NCBI GenBank assembly: GCA_034368785.1
Contig: JAXMLI010000124.1
Location: 1 to 36,137 of the forward strand
Length of the DNA stretch: 36,137 nucleotides
Direction of reading: 5' to 3'
Source: Smithellaceae bacterium
Lineage (GTDB): Bacteria > Desulfobacterota > Syntrophia > Syntrophales > CAMTWB01
Part shown: piece after piece, positions 5,983 to 15,010 of the stretch
Layout of the letters: each line of letters opens with the position of its first letter
Position numbering within the stretch: position 1 is the stretch's first letter
Translations under genes and position numbers: made by a program
Notes under the pieces: model-generated
The model's input: the letters and a program-made list of their open reading frames with translations, nothing else
The model's database searches: none
What the model was told of the DNA's origin: nothing

Positions 5983-7979
5983 TGCCGTTTCTCCTTCAAC
6001 CGGGGAGGCTTGAGCTGCCCTAATTTCCTATATTTTCTGCGGCGGCGGAGCCTTCTTATCAGATAAATCACCAGGGCCACGAGCAACAGGACGAAGACAA
6101 TGGCCCCCAGGGCCGCCCAGGTTACCCAGGTCCCGCGGGAGAGGAGGGAGATGGGATTGTAGCTGGCCTCGCTGACGATCCTCCCCAGTTTCCCCCGATA
6201 CTTCTCCGGCACCGTCGGGAGGCGATCGCCACCCTTGGCGGGGAATCCCGCCAGATATTCCATGATGACCACCCACTCTTTGACCTCCTGAATCCCCGAC
6301 TTGGTCTTGTCGGCATCGATCCGAAAATCCGCGAGCTCGGCAATCGGCTTCCCCTGGCGATCCTTGGGCACGATGGTGAGGATTTGATAGGTAAAGCCGC
6401 CGATAATCTTCAGAAAAGTGGCGTTGTAGATGTTTGCCACTACCCGGTAAAGCTCCCGGTTGCGCGCCGAGTAGTCCAGCGGCTTATAACCCTCCTCTTC
6501 GCTGCCGAGCCAGATCCCCGTCACCCGGTCGAAGAGCATCCGGCGGGGGTTGTAGGTGAATTTCACCCCCGAGACCTGAAGGAAATAGGAATCGCCCTTG
6601 AGGGGATAGACGCTGGTCAGCACCTCCAGTGCCTTTTTAATCTCCGAGGCATAGAGGTAGCAGGTGAGCAGGGGATAGCCCATAGTGTCATCCATGCCGA
6701 TCCCCAGCGGCACCGCCCTGAATATGTCGGTTACGGCCAGCCTTCCCGTCTTCCCCTTCAGGAGGTCCTCCCTGATGACCCCGTTGGATTCTATCGCCAT
6801 TACTACCTTGGTAACCGGGTCTTTGGGATCATAATCATATTTGTTGGCGTACCAGCGGATCCCGTCGGCAATCAGATTGCCCAACGGGGACTCCTCTTCT
6901 ATTACGGTCAGGTCAAAGTCTGTCCGGGCGATGGTCTGGTAAAAGCCATAGCCCTTTTCCTTCAGCACCCTTTTATCGATTTCCGCGATGAACCCTTCGA
7001 TCCGGGCCTGCATTTGGGCATCGCCCGCGATCGATCCATCCACGGGATGGAGCTTGTACTCCTTCAGGGCAACCTTGCCCTGCTCCAGCACCAGGTCCAT
7101 GACCCCCACATATTTCCCGTAACTTTCCGCCTGGACGATGAAGGTGGAGTTGACCTGGAGGGGCTGGTCCAGTTTGGTATGGCTGTGACCGCCGATGATC
7201 ACATCGATGCCGGGGACATTCTTCGCCAGGTTCTCATCTTCAGAGATCTTTTTCCGCTTGTTCACCCCGCTGTGGGAAAGGCAGACGACCAGGTCCACCC
7301 GCTCTTTTTCCCGCAGCTCCTGGACCATTCGGCGGGATACCTCCAGGGGATCGCCGAACTTTACGGGAGAGGCGAAGGGGGCCTTCTCGGCGGCATCCTT
7401 GCCCATGATCCCGAAGATGCCGATCCTGAGCCCGCCCCGTTCAATGACGATATAGGGTTTCACCCTCCCCTTTTTGAACTCCGCCTCCAGGGAATCATCT
7501 TTGTCGCTCTCGGCGCTGAAAATTGCGTTGGCCAGCACCAACTGGGGAAGCCCTCCCCTGGCCGCCGCCGCCTCGAGGATTTTGGCCAACCCCCGGGGTT
7601 TTAAATCGAACTCGTGATTTCCCGGAACGAGGGCGTCGTAACCCATCTCCTTCATCAGGACCAGCTCCATCGCCTCCTCCCTGGAGAGCATATGAAAGAG
7701 GGTCCCCATCAGAAAATCCCCGCCGTCCAGGGTCAGCACCGGAGAGGTCCGTCTCGCCCTTTCCCGGCTCAGGATGGCCGCCACGCGGGCGAGGCCTCCT
7801 CTGGTGGCATCGCCGCCGGCTACCTGCGGCTGGTAATCCAGGTTGGGGGAAAAGCCCAGCAGGTTCGAATGGAGGTCATTGGTGTGCAGGATGGTAAGCT
7901 CTCTTCCTTGCGCGGAAGGAGAGGATAGCGGCAGAATGGTGACAAACAGGGCAATAAGCAGGATACGGACAATCTTCAT
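5979..7979 (-). CDS. bifunctional metallophosphatase/5'-nucleotidase (UshA-like) with signal peptide and C-terminal TM anchor
   Basis: The preferred start is ATG 7979 (MKIVRILLIALFVTILPLSSPSAQG). The motifs HTNDLHS, GGDF, GNHEFD and GGHSHT are present, followed by a 5'-nucleotidase C-domain. The C-terminus is WVTWAALGAIVFVLLLVALVIYLIRRLRRRRKYRK. Confidence 0.85.
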   Translation of the reverse strand: MKIVRILLIALFVTILPLSSPSAQGRELTILHTNDLHSNLLGFSPNLDYQPQVAGGDATRGGLARVAAILSRERARRTSPVLTLDGGDFLMGTLFHMLSREEAMELVLMKEMGYDALVPGNHEFDLKPRGLAKILEAAAARGGLPQLVLANAIFSAESDKDDSLEAEFKKGRVKPYIVIERGGLRIGIFGIMGKDAAEKAPFASPVKFGDPLEVSRRMVQELREKERVDLVVCLSHSGVNKRKKISEDENLAKNVPGIDVIIGGHSHTKLDQPLQVNSTFIVQAESYGKYVGVMDLVLEQGKVALKEYKLHPVDGSIAGDAQMQARIEGFIAEIDKRVLKEKGYGFYQTIARTDFDLTVIEEESPLGNLIADGIRWYANKYDYDPKDPVTKVVMAIESNGVIREDLLKGKTGRLAVTDIFRAVPLGIGMDDTMGYPLLTCYLYASEIKKALEVLTSVYPLKGDSYFLQVSGVKFTYNPRRMLFDRVTGIWLGSEEEGYKPLDYSARNRELYRVVANIYNATFLKIIGGFTYQILTIVPKDRQGKPIAELADFRIDADKTKSGIQEVKEWVVIMEYLAGFPAKGGDRLPTVPEKYRGKLGRIVSEASYNPISLLSRGTWVTWAALGAIVFVLLLVALVIYLIRRLRRRRKYRKLGQLKPPRLKEKRQ

Positions 7980-8063
7980 GATGCACCTCGCTTCGGGGGA
8001 TATGTCTTTATTGCGGATTAACACCAAATCACCGCTCCTCCTGCTGGTAGAGATCGAAAAGGA

Positions 8064-8951
8064 TCATGTGCGGCCTTTCGCGGTCATTTTAATGGTATTT
8101 TCCAGCCAATCGAGGAGAAAGGCAAACACCTGGTCCTGTTCGGGCTCGTTGTGGATTTCGTGGTAGAGGCCGGGCCAGATTTTAAAGGTGCATTTCTCGC
8201 CGGCCCGGGCGGCGAATTCGGCGCTGGCCGCAGAGGAGGTCAACCGGTCTTCCCCGCCGTGCATGATCAGGAGGGGAAGACCAAACCGGTCAGCACACTC
8301 CAGATTCCTCCGGCCCGCCTCCAGCATGTCCATCCCCAGCTTGACCGACAGACGGTCATGAACCAGGGGGTCGTTGAGATAGGCATCCACCACCGCCTGA
8401 TCGCGGGAGATGGCCTGCGCGTCCAGTTCGCTGGGCAGGACGAGGGAGGGCCAGAGACGATACATGACCCGGGCCAGCGCCAGCTTCCAGCGGGGTGGGG
8501 CGAAGGCGGTCCGTAAAAGCGGACCGGTCACCACCACCCCGGCAAGGTTGGGAGAGGAAGAGAGGCAGTAATTGATGACGATCCCCCCGCCCAGGCTGTG
8601 TCCGTAGAGAAAAACAGGCAGACCGGGATGGAGCAAGGAGGCCATCTTGCTGAATAAATCGATGTCCTTGGACATAAAGCAGTCGTCGGGTGAGTGGCCC
8701 CGCAGACCTGGCGACCGGCCGTGACCACGGAGATCCAGGGCCAGGACGAGGAAACCATGCCGGTTCAGGAACGCCGCCAGGTGGTCATAACGCCGGCCAT
8801 GCTCTCCCAGACCATGGACCAGACAGAGAACGGCCCTGACCTCTCCGGGCGGCGCCCACCGGTGGACTGCCAGCGCGAGTCCATCTTCCGTGGTGAGAAA
8901 AGAAGCAGGGATCATCGGATACTCCTGAATAAGGGAGGTTATTTCCGGCAC
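8064..8951 (-). CDS. alpha/beta hydrolase (lysophospholipase / monoacylglycerol-lipase-like)
   Basis: 295 aa. VHGLGEHGRRY, the nucleophile elbow GHSLGG, and a late HGGED...H motif are present. The start could instead be M13. Confidence 0.8.
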   Translation of the reverse strand: MPEITSLIQEYPMIPASFLTTEDGLALAVHRWAPPGEVRAVLCLVHGLGEHGRRYDHLAAFLNRHGFLVLALDLRGHGRSPGLRGHSPDDCFMSKDIDLFSKMASLLHPGLPVFLYGHSLGGGIVINYCLSSSPNLAGVVVTGPLLRTAFAPPRWKLALARVMYRLWPSLVLPSELDAQAISRDQAVVDAYLNDPLVHDRLSVKLGMDMLEAGRRNLECADRFGLPLLIMHGGEDRLTSSAASAEFAARAGEKCTFKIWPGLYHEIHNEPEQDQVFAFLLDWLENTIKMTAKGRT

Positions 8952-9002
8952 GGGTCTTATCTATCAGAGCGGAGAGGGCTTTGCAAGGAGATAGGAATTA
9001 AA

Positions 9003-9275
9003 GGGTGTGCGACAATAAGATTTATATCCTTTTCTCCCCCCTTTGGAAAAGGGGGGCAGGGGGGATTTGGAGTGCTTGTTTTGGGCAGTGTCAAAAAATC
9101 TCCCCTAACCCCTCTTTTCCAAAGAGGGGGATGAGGGAGCAGAAGTGTGGCCTGTCGTCGAATATGTACGGAACCCCTCATGGTCGGGCCTGTTTTTCCT
9201 CCCCCCTTTTTCCCGTGTCCAGCGGGACTTATGGGTAAGGGTCAGTATAGCAAAGAGGGGAGAAAAACCGCTCCG
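9003..9275. repeat. cluster of MITE-family fragments and G/C hairpins
   Basis: gggtgtgcgacaa at 9003-9015. Hairpins cccccctttggaaaagggggg (9036-9056) and cccctcttttccaaagagggg (9109-9129). A second degenerate left end lies at ~9146 (gtgtggcctgtcgtcgaatatgtacgg), and tatagcaaagagggg at ~9245-9262. The ORFs here (8957-9181, 9005-9238) translate the repeats. Confidence 0.65.
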
Positions 9276-9281
9276 CCCCGA

Positions 9282-10634
9282 TCAGCCGCTGGGCTTGCCG
9301 AACCTCTCCCGAATGAAACGGCGGGCCTCTCCCCGGTCGGCCAATTGTTTTTCCAGTTGGGCATCCTCCAGGGCGTCCAGCATCTTTTTAAACTTCGGAC
9401 CGGGCGAGAACCCCATTTCCAGGAGATCCCGGCCGTTCAAGAGCGGCGGGGGATGGAGTTCCTCCCGCGACAGCAGGGCAAGCTTATCCCGGCAGAAATG
9501 ATAACTGTCCAGACGGCCATGACTCGCCAGACAGTCCAGGCGATGGAGCTCCAGATGCCGGGAAAAATCGGGGAGCCGGAGGAACCTTTTGAGTTTTGCC
9601 GGCCTTACCTGTTTTATCTTCTGGAAATACACGTGGTGGCGGATAAGGGCAAGAACCGAATCCATCACCTCGATAGAAAACCGCAGACGCCGCATGAGAT
9701 CCCGGGCCAGTTCCTCCCCCTTTTCCTCGTGGCCGTAGAAATGAATCCCCTTCTCATCCCGGAAACAGGCAGGGGGCTTGCCCACATCATGCAGCAGGGC
9801 GCCCCAGGCGAGGCGTTCATCCGCCCCCCACGCAAGGGGGTCAGAGGGCAAGAGGGCCAGCATCCGCAGGGTATGTTCCCGCACATCCCCTTCGGGATGA
9901 TAGGCGGGGTCCTGCAGAACCCCCGACATCGCGGAAACCTCTGGCAGGATATGCCGCAGAAGGCCGGAGGCCTCCAGGAGTTCCATCCCCCTTCTGGCCC
10001 CGCCCTGGGTGAGGAGCTTCGTCATTTCTATGCGGATGCGCTCGGCGCTGATCAGCAGGATTTTTTCCGCCTGATCCTTGATGGCCGAAAAGGTGTCGGG
10101 ATCCATCTCAAAACCGAAGGCCGCGGCAAAGCGAACCGCCCGGAGCATCCGCAGGTGATCCTCAGCAAAACGTTCGCGGGGCCGGCCGATCGCGCGGATA
10201 ATCCCCTTTTCGAGATCACTTCTCCCGCCGGAATAGTCGGTAATTTCGCCGGTGGTGGGGTCCAGCAGGAGGCCATTTATGGTAAAGTCCCGCCTCAGCA
10301 CATCTTCCCTGGCCGTGGCATACCTTACCTCCGATGGCCGCCGTCCATCCTGATAGGCCAGGTCCGAGCGGAAGGTGGCCACCTCGTAGCCCCGGCCATC
10401 CTCCAGCACCAGAATGACCCCGAAACTGGCCCCGATTGGCGCGGTGCGGGGGAATAATTTCTGCACCTCTTCCGGGCGGGCGGAGGTGGCGATGTCATAA
10501 TCTTCCGGCTCAACCTGGCGAAGGAGATCACGGACGCAGCCCCCCACGAGGTAGGCTTCATGACCCGCCTCAATCAACCTGGCCACCAGCGATTTTGCCG
10601 TATCCAGTGAGGACCGCGCTCCCATCAGTGTCAA
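9282..10634 (-). CDS. cca: CCA-adding tRNA nucleotidyltransferase with HD domain
   Basis: 450 aa. It has a PolyA-polymerase head domain (LVGGCVRDLL, DYDIAT), RRDFTINGL, and a C-terminal HD region (LLHDVGKP). Confidence 0.85.
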   Translation of the reverse strand: MTLMGARSSLDTAKSLVARLIEAGHEAYLVGGCVRDLLRQVEPEDYDIATSARPEEVQKLFPRTAPIGASFGVILVLEDGRGYEVATFRSDLAYQDGRRPSEVRYATAREDVLRRDFTINGLLLDPTTGEITDYSGGRSDLEKGIIRAIGRPRERFAEDHLRMLRAVRFAAAFGFEMDPDTFSAIKDQAEKILLISAERIRIEMTKLLTQGGARRGMELLEASGLLRHILPEVSAMSGVLQDPAYHPEGDVREHTLRMLALLPSDPLAWGADERLAWGALLHDVGKPPACFRDEKGIHFYGHEEKGEELARDLMRRLRFSIEVMDSVLALIRHHVYFQKIKQVRPAKLKRFLRLPDFSRHLELHRLDCLASHGRLDSYHFCRDKLALLSREELHPPPLLNGRDLLEMGFSPGPKFKKMLDALEDAQLEKQLADRGEARRFIRERFGKPSG

Positions 10635-10663
10635 CTCTCACTCCCTCTGGCTGGTCAAGGTCT

Positions 10664-10697
10664 GGTGCGTTACGCTTCGCTAACGCACCCTACATCT
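10664..10697. repeat. hairpin repeat GGTGCGTTA-cgcttcgc-TAACGCACC + ctacatc
   Basis: 9-bp stem read directly, lying between cca and thiC. Near-identical units occur at 27728-27811. Confidence 0.7.
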
Positions 10698-10735
10698 AAA
10701 AACCTTCCGCCTACAGCCTATCTACCTAAGTATCT

Positions 10736-12019
10736 TCAGTGGTGCCGGTAAACTTTACCAAGTTTAATCGCGCAGAACTCGCCGCACATGGTGCATCCTT
10801 CCTCGTGGGCGCTCGCGCTTACCTCCAGGAGTTCCCTGGCCTTCTGGGGGTCCAGGGAAATGGCAATCTGCCCCTCCCAGTCAAAATCCCGGCGGTACCT
10901 GGCCATCTGGAGGTTCCGCTCCCAGGCCCCCGGCAACCCCTTGGCGATATCCGCCACATGGGCGGCCAGCCTGGCGGCGATTACCCCTTCCCGCACATCC
11001 GCGAGGGTCGGCAACCGGAGATGCTCCGACGGGGTGACATAACAGAGAAAATCCGCCCCGGCCGCCCCGGCGATGGCCCCGCCGATGGCCGCGGTGATAT
11101 GATCATAGCCGGGGGCAATATCCGTGGGCAGGGGTCCCAGGACATAGAAGGGCGCGTCATTGCATAAACTCTTCTGGAGGACCACATTGGCCTCGATCTC
11201 CTTCAGAGGGACATGGCCGGGTCCCTCGATCATCACCTGGACCCCCCTGGCCCGGGCCCGCTTCGTCAGTTCCCCGAGGATAATCAGCTCCTGAACCTGG
11301 CTGCGGTCGGTAGAATCCGCCAGACAACCCGGACGCAGGCCGTCGCCGAGGCTCAAAACCATGTCATAACGACGGGAAATCTCCACGAGCCGGTCATACT
11401 GCTCGTAAAAGGGATTTTCCCGGTCGTTGAAGGACATCCAGTTTGCCGTGATCGAACCGCCGCGACTCACAATGCCCAGCACCCGCCCGGATTCACTGAG
11501 ACTGGCAATGCTTTTTTTTGTGATCCCGCAATGGACCGTAAGGAAATCCACCCCGTCCTCGCCGTTTTCCTCGATCACCCGGAACATATCTTCCGGATCG
11601 ATTTCCACCACGGCCTTCTGCTTGTTCAGGGTCTCCGCGGCGATCTGGTACATGGGCACGGTCCCCACGAGGACAGGCGAGGCCTCCATGATCTTCTTCC
11701 TGATCATCCGGAGGTCTCCGCCCGTGGACAAATCCATGATCGCGTCGGCCCCGGCCGCGGCTGATACCCGCACCTTCTCCAGTTCCAGATCAAGGTCGAA
11801 ATGGTCCCTGGAGGTACCAAGATTGGCATTCACCTTTGTCCTCAATCCCCTGCCGATGGCCGCGGGGGCGATATTACGATGGTTCACGTTTCTCACTACC
11901 ACGATATTGCCCTCTTCCACCCCCCGGCGGATAAATTCCGGCGATATCCCTTCCTGTTCGGCACAGAGGGTCATTTCCTCGGAAATTTTCCCGGCCCTCG
12001 CCATTTCTAATTGTGTCAT
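10736..12019 (-). CDS. thiC: phosphomethylpyrimidine synthase ThiC (short anaerobe-type form)
   Basis: 427 aa. The sequence is collinear with ThiC (MDLSTGG, TVPMYQ, FLTVHCG, SRGGS, PGHVP, GPLPTDIAPGYDHI, and C-terminal CTMCGEFC). ATG 12019 overlaps the thiD stop (ATGA). Confidence 0.9.
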   Translation of the reverse strand: MTQLEMARAGKISEEMTLCAEQEGISPEFIRRGVEEGNIVVVRNVNHRNIAPAAIGRGLRTKVNANLGTSRDHFDLDLELEKVRVSAAAGADAIMDLSTGGDLRMIRKKIMEASPVLVGTVPMYQIAAETLNKQKAVVEIDPEDMFRVIEENGEDGVDFLTVHCGITKKSIASLSESGRVLGIVSRGGSITANWMSFNDRENPFYEQYDRLVEISRRYDMVLSLGDGLRPGCLADSTDRSQVQELIILGELTKRARARGVQVMIEGPGHVPLKEIEANVVLQKSLCNDAPFYVLGPLPTDIAPGYDHITAAIGGAIAGAAGADFLCYVTPSEHLRLPTLADVREGVIAARLAAHVADIAKGLPGAWERNLQMARYRRDFDWEGQIAISLDPQKARELLEVSASAHEEGCTMCGEFCAIKLGKVYRHH

Positions 12020-12849
12020 CTCTCTCCTCCTATCTGCCTCTTGTCCCGCAAGACGGGCGCCAGGTGATTCGTCGGGCCATGGCCCGCCCCGAGCCTGAAG
12101 GCCCTTCTGATGGCCTCGGTTATATACTCTTTAGCCTCCCTTACCGCCAAGGGCAACGGCAACCCTAGGGCAAGCAGGGTGGCCAGGGCGGCCGAATAGG
12201 TGCAGCCGGTCCCGTGGGTGTCCTTGGTATCAATCCGGGGAGCGCGGAATTCGTAAAATTCCACGCCATCATAGAGGACGTCCACCAGTTCGGCGTAGGA
12301 TTCATCCAGATGTCCCCCCTTGACCAGCACGTTTTTCGGGCCGAGCTGCTTTATCGCCTGCGCCGCCTGCTTCATATGCTCTATCTTGTTAATCTTCATC
12401 CCCGCGAGGACCTCCGCCTCCGGTATGTTCGGGGTAAGGAGATAGGCCAGGGGGATCAGCTCTTTCACCATCGTTCTCACGGCTTCCTCCCCTATCAGCG
12501 AGGCGCCTCCCTTGGCCCTCATGACCGGATCTACCACCAAAAGCTCGATCCGGAATTCCCGGATCATGGCGGCCACCGCCGATGTTATCTCGGCATTTGC
12601 CAGCATCCCGGTCTTTACCGAGTCCACCCCGATATCGGAAACCACCGAGGTGATCTGTTTTTTGACGAAATCCGCGGGTATTTCATAAATTCCCTGGACC
12701 CCGAGGGTATTCTGGGCCGTGAGCGCGGTAATCGCACTCATGCCGAAACCGCCCAGGGCGGTAATGGTCTTGAGATCCGCCTGAATCCCGGCGCCGCCCC
12801 CTGAATCGGAACCGGCGATGGTCAATATTCTTTTCGGCTTAACCGTCAT
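12016..12849 (-). CDS. thiD: hydroxymethylpyrimidine/phosphomethylpyrimidine kinase ThiD
   Basis: 277 aa. ILTIAGSDSGGGAGIQADLKT, DPVM..KGG, LVKGGHL and GTGCT..SA motifs are present. Confidence 0.9.
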   Translation of the reverse strand: MTVKPKRILTIAGSDSGGGAGIQADLKTITALGGFGMSAITALTAQNTLGVQGIYEIPADFVKKQITSVVSDIGVDSVKTGMLANAEITSAVAAMIREFRIELLVVDPVMRAKGGASLIGEEAVRTMVKELIPLAYLLTPNIPEAEVLAGMKINKIEHMKQAAQAIKQLGPKNVLVKGGHLDESYAELVDVLYDGVEFYEFRAPRIDTKDTHGTGCTYSAALATLLALGLPLPLAVREAKEYITEAIRRAFRLGAGHGPTNHLAPVLRDKRQIGGER

Positions 12850-12902
12850 TATTCCCCCGCCTCAGATCAGGCGTAAATTCACGTTCAAAACAAAGGCCGG
12901 AT

Positions 12903-12942
12903 CAATAGAAAAGGGGACATACCAAAAGTATGACCCCTTCTT
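12903..12942 (-). terminator. terminator hairpin forming the expression platform of the TPP riboswitch
   Basis: Minus strand: AAGGGGUCAUAC-uuuug-GUAUGUCCCCUU (11/12 bp) followed by UUCUAUU. The plus-strand reading also ends in a T7 run, so it could act bidirectionally. Confidence 0.5.
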
Positions 12943-12967
12943 TTTTTAGGATAAGTAAAAACTTGTC

Positions 12968-13043
12968 GCTAATCCCTACGCTGGCATTACCCAGGTCAGG
13001 TTCAAAGGGTATCATCTCAGCCTTTCAGGCACCCCCGGCTACC
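12968..13043 (-). promoter_or_regulatory. TPP (THI-box) riboswitch upstream of thiD-thiC
   Basis: The minus strand reads GGGGUGCCUGAAAGGCUGAGAUGAUACCCUUUGAACCUGACCUGGGUAAUGCCAGCGUAGGGA. This carries the conserved GGGGUGC, CUGAGA, ACCUGA.CUGG.UAAUGCCAGCGUAGGGA blocks. Confidence 0.9.
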
Positions 13044-13099
13044 CTGTCAACTACTCCCTTGACCTCTTAAAATCAAGGGATTTTTTCTGCTGCGGACCG

Positions 13100-13867
13100 T
13101 CATTTCACGATTCTGAATATTTCCCGGGTATTTGCCAGGGTTGTTTCTCCCACGAGTTCCAGCGTCGTTTCCAGGATATCTGCCACAGCCTGGGCGGTGT
13201 GAACAACATAGGCAGGCTCATTCCTTTTGCCCCGGAAGGGCTGGGGGGCCAGGTATGGACAGTCGGTTTCCAGCAGGGTGCCTTCGAGGTGAATAAAACT
13301 GACCACCTCCCTGATGATATCCGCCTTTTGAAAGGTTACCGTTCCCGGAAGAGATATATAGAATCCCAGGTCAAGGCACCGCCTGGCCATATGGTAATCG
13401 CCGGAAAAGCAGTGGAGGATGCCACGCAGCCTTCCCCGCCAGGGGGTGAGCATCTCCAGGACCTCCCGATGGGCATCCCGGCTGTGCACAATGACCGGGA
13501 GATCCAGGTCCGAGGCCAGCTCAAGCTGCTCGCCGAAACGGGTAATCTGGATATTCCGGGGAGAAAGATTGTGAAAGAAATCCAGGCCTATTTCACCGTA
13601 GGCCACCACCTTCTCCATCCGGGCCAGGTTGGAAATCTCCTGATAGGTGTCCTTTTCAATCTCCCTCGCATGGTGGGGATGGACGCCCACGGCGGCGTAA
13701 ATCTCCTTATATTCAGCCGCCAGAGCAACGACCTTCCTGCAATCTTCGAGGGTAGTACCCACGGTTACAATCAGTTCCACCCCCGCCTCAACCGCCCGGG
13801 CAATCACCTCCGGCCGGTCTGAATCAAACTCCCCCATCTCCAGATGGGCATGGGAATCGGCAAACAT
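13100..13867 (-). CDS. tatD: TatD-family metal-dependent hydrolase
   Basis: 255 aa. The N-terminus has MFADSHAHL, and GVHPH, GEIGLD, IVHSRDA, HCFSG and ETDCPYL motifs are present. Confidence 0.9.
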   Translation of the reverse strand: MFADSHAHLEMGEFDSDRPEVIARAVEAGVELIVTVGTTLEDCRKVVALAAEYKEIYAAVGVHPHHAREIEKDTYQEISNLARMEKVVAYGEIGLDFFHNLSPRNIQITRFGEQLELASDLDLPVIVHSRDAHREVLEMLTPWRGRLRGILHCFSGDYHMARRCLDLGFYISLPGTVTFQKADIIREVVSFIHLEGTLLETDCPYLAPQPFRGKRNEPAYVVHTAQAVADILETTLELVGETTLANTREIFRIVK

Positions 13868-14044
13868 CTATTTATTGTTCACGGAAATGATCTTGACAAC
13901 AGGCTCAATCACCATCTCCCCCGCATTGTCCGCCACATCAGGCAGGCTCTCCAGGTAGTCATTGAATGCATCGGCGTTCATCGGTCTCCTTTCGAGGATC
14001 CTTTTATCCGTAACAGCCTTATAATCCTGTAACAATTTGTCCAT
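13868..14044 (-). CDS. small hypothetical protein (58 aa) abutting tatD
   Basis: The internal ATG 14044 of ORF 13868-14227 is preceded by GGGAGG ~5 nt upstream. The peptide is MDKLLQDYKAVTDKRILERRPMNADAFNDYLESLPDVADNAGEMVIEPVVKIISVNNK. Its TAG is directly adjacent to the tatD ATG. The upstream 61 codons of the tracked ORF are repeat-derived. Confidence 0.4.
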   Translation of the reverse strand: MDKLLQDYKAVTDKRILERRPMNADAFNDYLESLPDVADNAGEMVIEPVVKIISVNNK

Positions 14045-14120
14045 ACAACCTCCCTCAGGCAACGATTGGCGCACATAGTTTATGACACTTCTGATATTTT
14101 GGCAACGGGAAGCTTGGCTT

Positions 14121-14175
14121 GGGGTGCGGCAATAAGATTGATATCCTATTCTTCCCCCTTTGGAAAAGGGGACAA
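14121..14175. repeat. left-end type fragment of the GGTGTGCGACAA element
   Basis: ggggtgcggcaataagattgatatcctattcttccccctttggaaaagggg parallels 9003-9056 (gggtgtgcgacaataagatttatatcc...cccccctttggaaaagggggg). Confidence 0.6.
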
Positions 14176-14267
14176 GAACCGCTCCCCCCATAAATATGTC
14201 GCGCGCCCCTTGACTTGGAAAAGGCAATCAAATATCTCTTATGACCAGGGTTGGCAGGAGGGCGCTT

Positions 14268-14873
14268 ATGGAAGAGAATATCTATTTTTATGCGGGGGGA
14301 AATAGCATTGAAGGGCTATTGAGGCGAGGACGCCAGGAGTCAGGCGTAATCATCACCCATCCCCATCCGCTCTATGGCGGGGATATGCACAATAATGTAG
14401 TGACAACTATTACCAGGGCTTATCGGACGGCCGGATGGACCACCTTGCGGTTTAACTTCCGGGGGGTCGGCGGCAGTCAGGGAAGTTACGACCAGGGCCG
14501 GGGTGAGCAGCGGGACGTAGCGGCTGCGATCACCTTTCTCGCCGGACTCGGAATCGGCCGCGTGGACCTTGCCGGATATTCCTTCGGGGCCTGGGTGAAC
14601 GCACTCCTGCAGGCAGAGTCCCCGCCGGTCGGAAATATGATCATGGTCTCGCCGCCCCTGGCCTTTCTTGATTTCACGCCTATAGGCGAACTTGATCGCC
14701 TGAGGTTGGTCATCACCGGCAGTCACGATGAAATCGCCCCGGCGGATCTTATCCGTAAATCCATCTCCCGGTGGAACGCGGCAGCGCGCCTGGAGGTGAT
14801 CGAGGGGGCGGATCATTTCTACGGCGGCTATCAGGATCAGCTCGCGGCCGTTCTGGCGGACTATCTCAAGTAG
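14268..14873 (+). CDS. alpha/beta-fold hydrolase (small, COG2945-like)
   Basis: The preferred start is ATG 14268 (MEENIYFYAGG...), with GGAGGG 6 nt upstream. HPHPLYGG..., FNFRGVG.S.G, the nucleophile elbow GYSFGA, and a late D/H (GADHFY) are present. Confidence 0.75.
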   Translation: MEENIYFYAGGNSIEGLLRRGRQESGVIITHPHPLYGGDMHNNVVTTITRAYRTAGWTTLRFNFRGVGGSQGSYDQGRGEQRDVAAAITFLAGLGIGRVDLAGYSFGAWVNALLQAESPPVGNMIMVSPPLAFLDFTPIGELDRLRLVITGSHDEIAPADLIRKSISRWNAAARLEVIEGADHFYGGYQDQLAAVLADYLK

Positions 14874-14882
14874 GAATAGGGA

Positions 14883-14964
14883 TGCTTCCGCTGGTAAATC
14901 TTGCCGATTGAACCAGCGGAAGTCTCTGCAAGAATAGGATAGCCTCATTTTGGTCGCACACCCC
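14883..14964. repeat. right-end type fragment of the GGTGTGCGACAA element plus a 10-bp-stem hairpin
   Basis: Hairpin cttccgctgg...ccagcggaag. Then gtctctgcaagaataggatagcctcattttggtcgcacacccc parallels 4254-4294 (gtctctgcaagaatatgataccaacattttgtcgcacaccc). Confidence 0.65.
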
Positions 14965-15010
14965 TTTTACCAGCAGATTATTCCGCGCGGGGGACGACGA
15001 TCTCCCGCCC

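Noticed and set aside
13056-13086. A hairpin, cccttga-N10-tcaaggg, followed by T6, which looks like a plus-strand terminator between tatD and the TPP riboswitch.
   Set aside because: No plus-strand gene or promoter lies upstream of it. In the minus orientation, where it would serve tatD, it has no U-tract. I left it uncalled, since it may be a weak or bidirectional tatD terminator.
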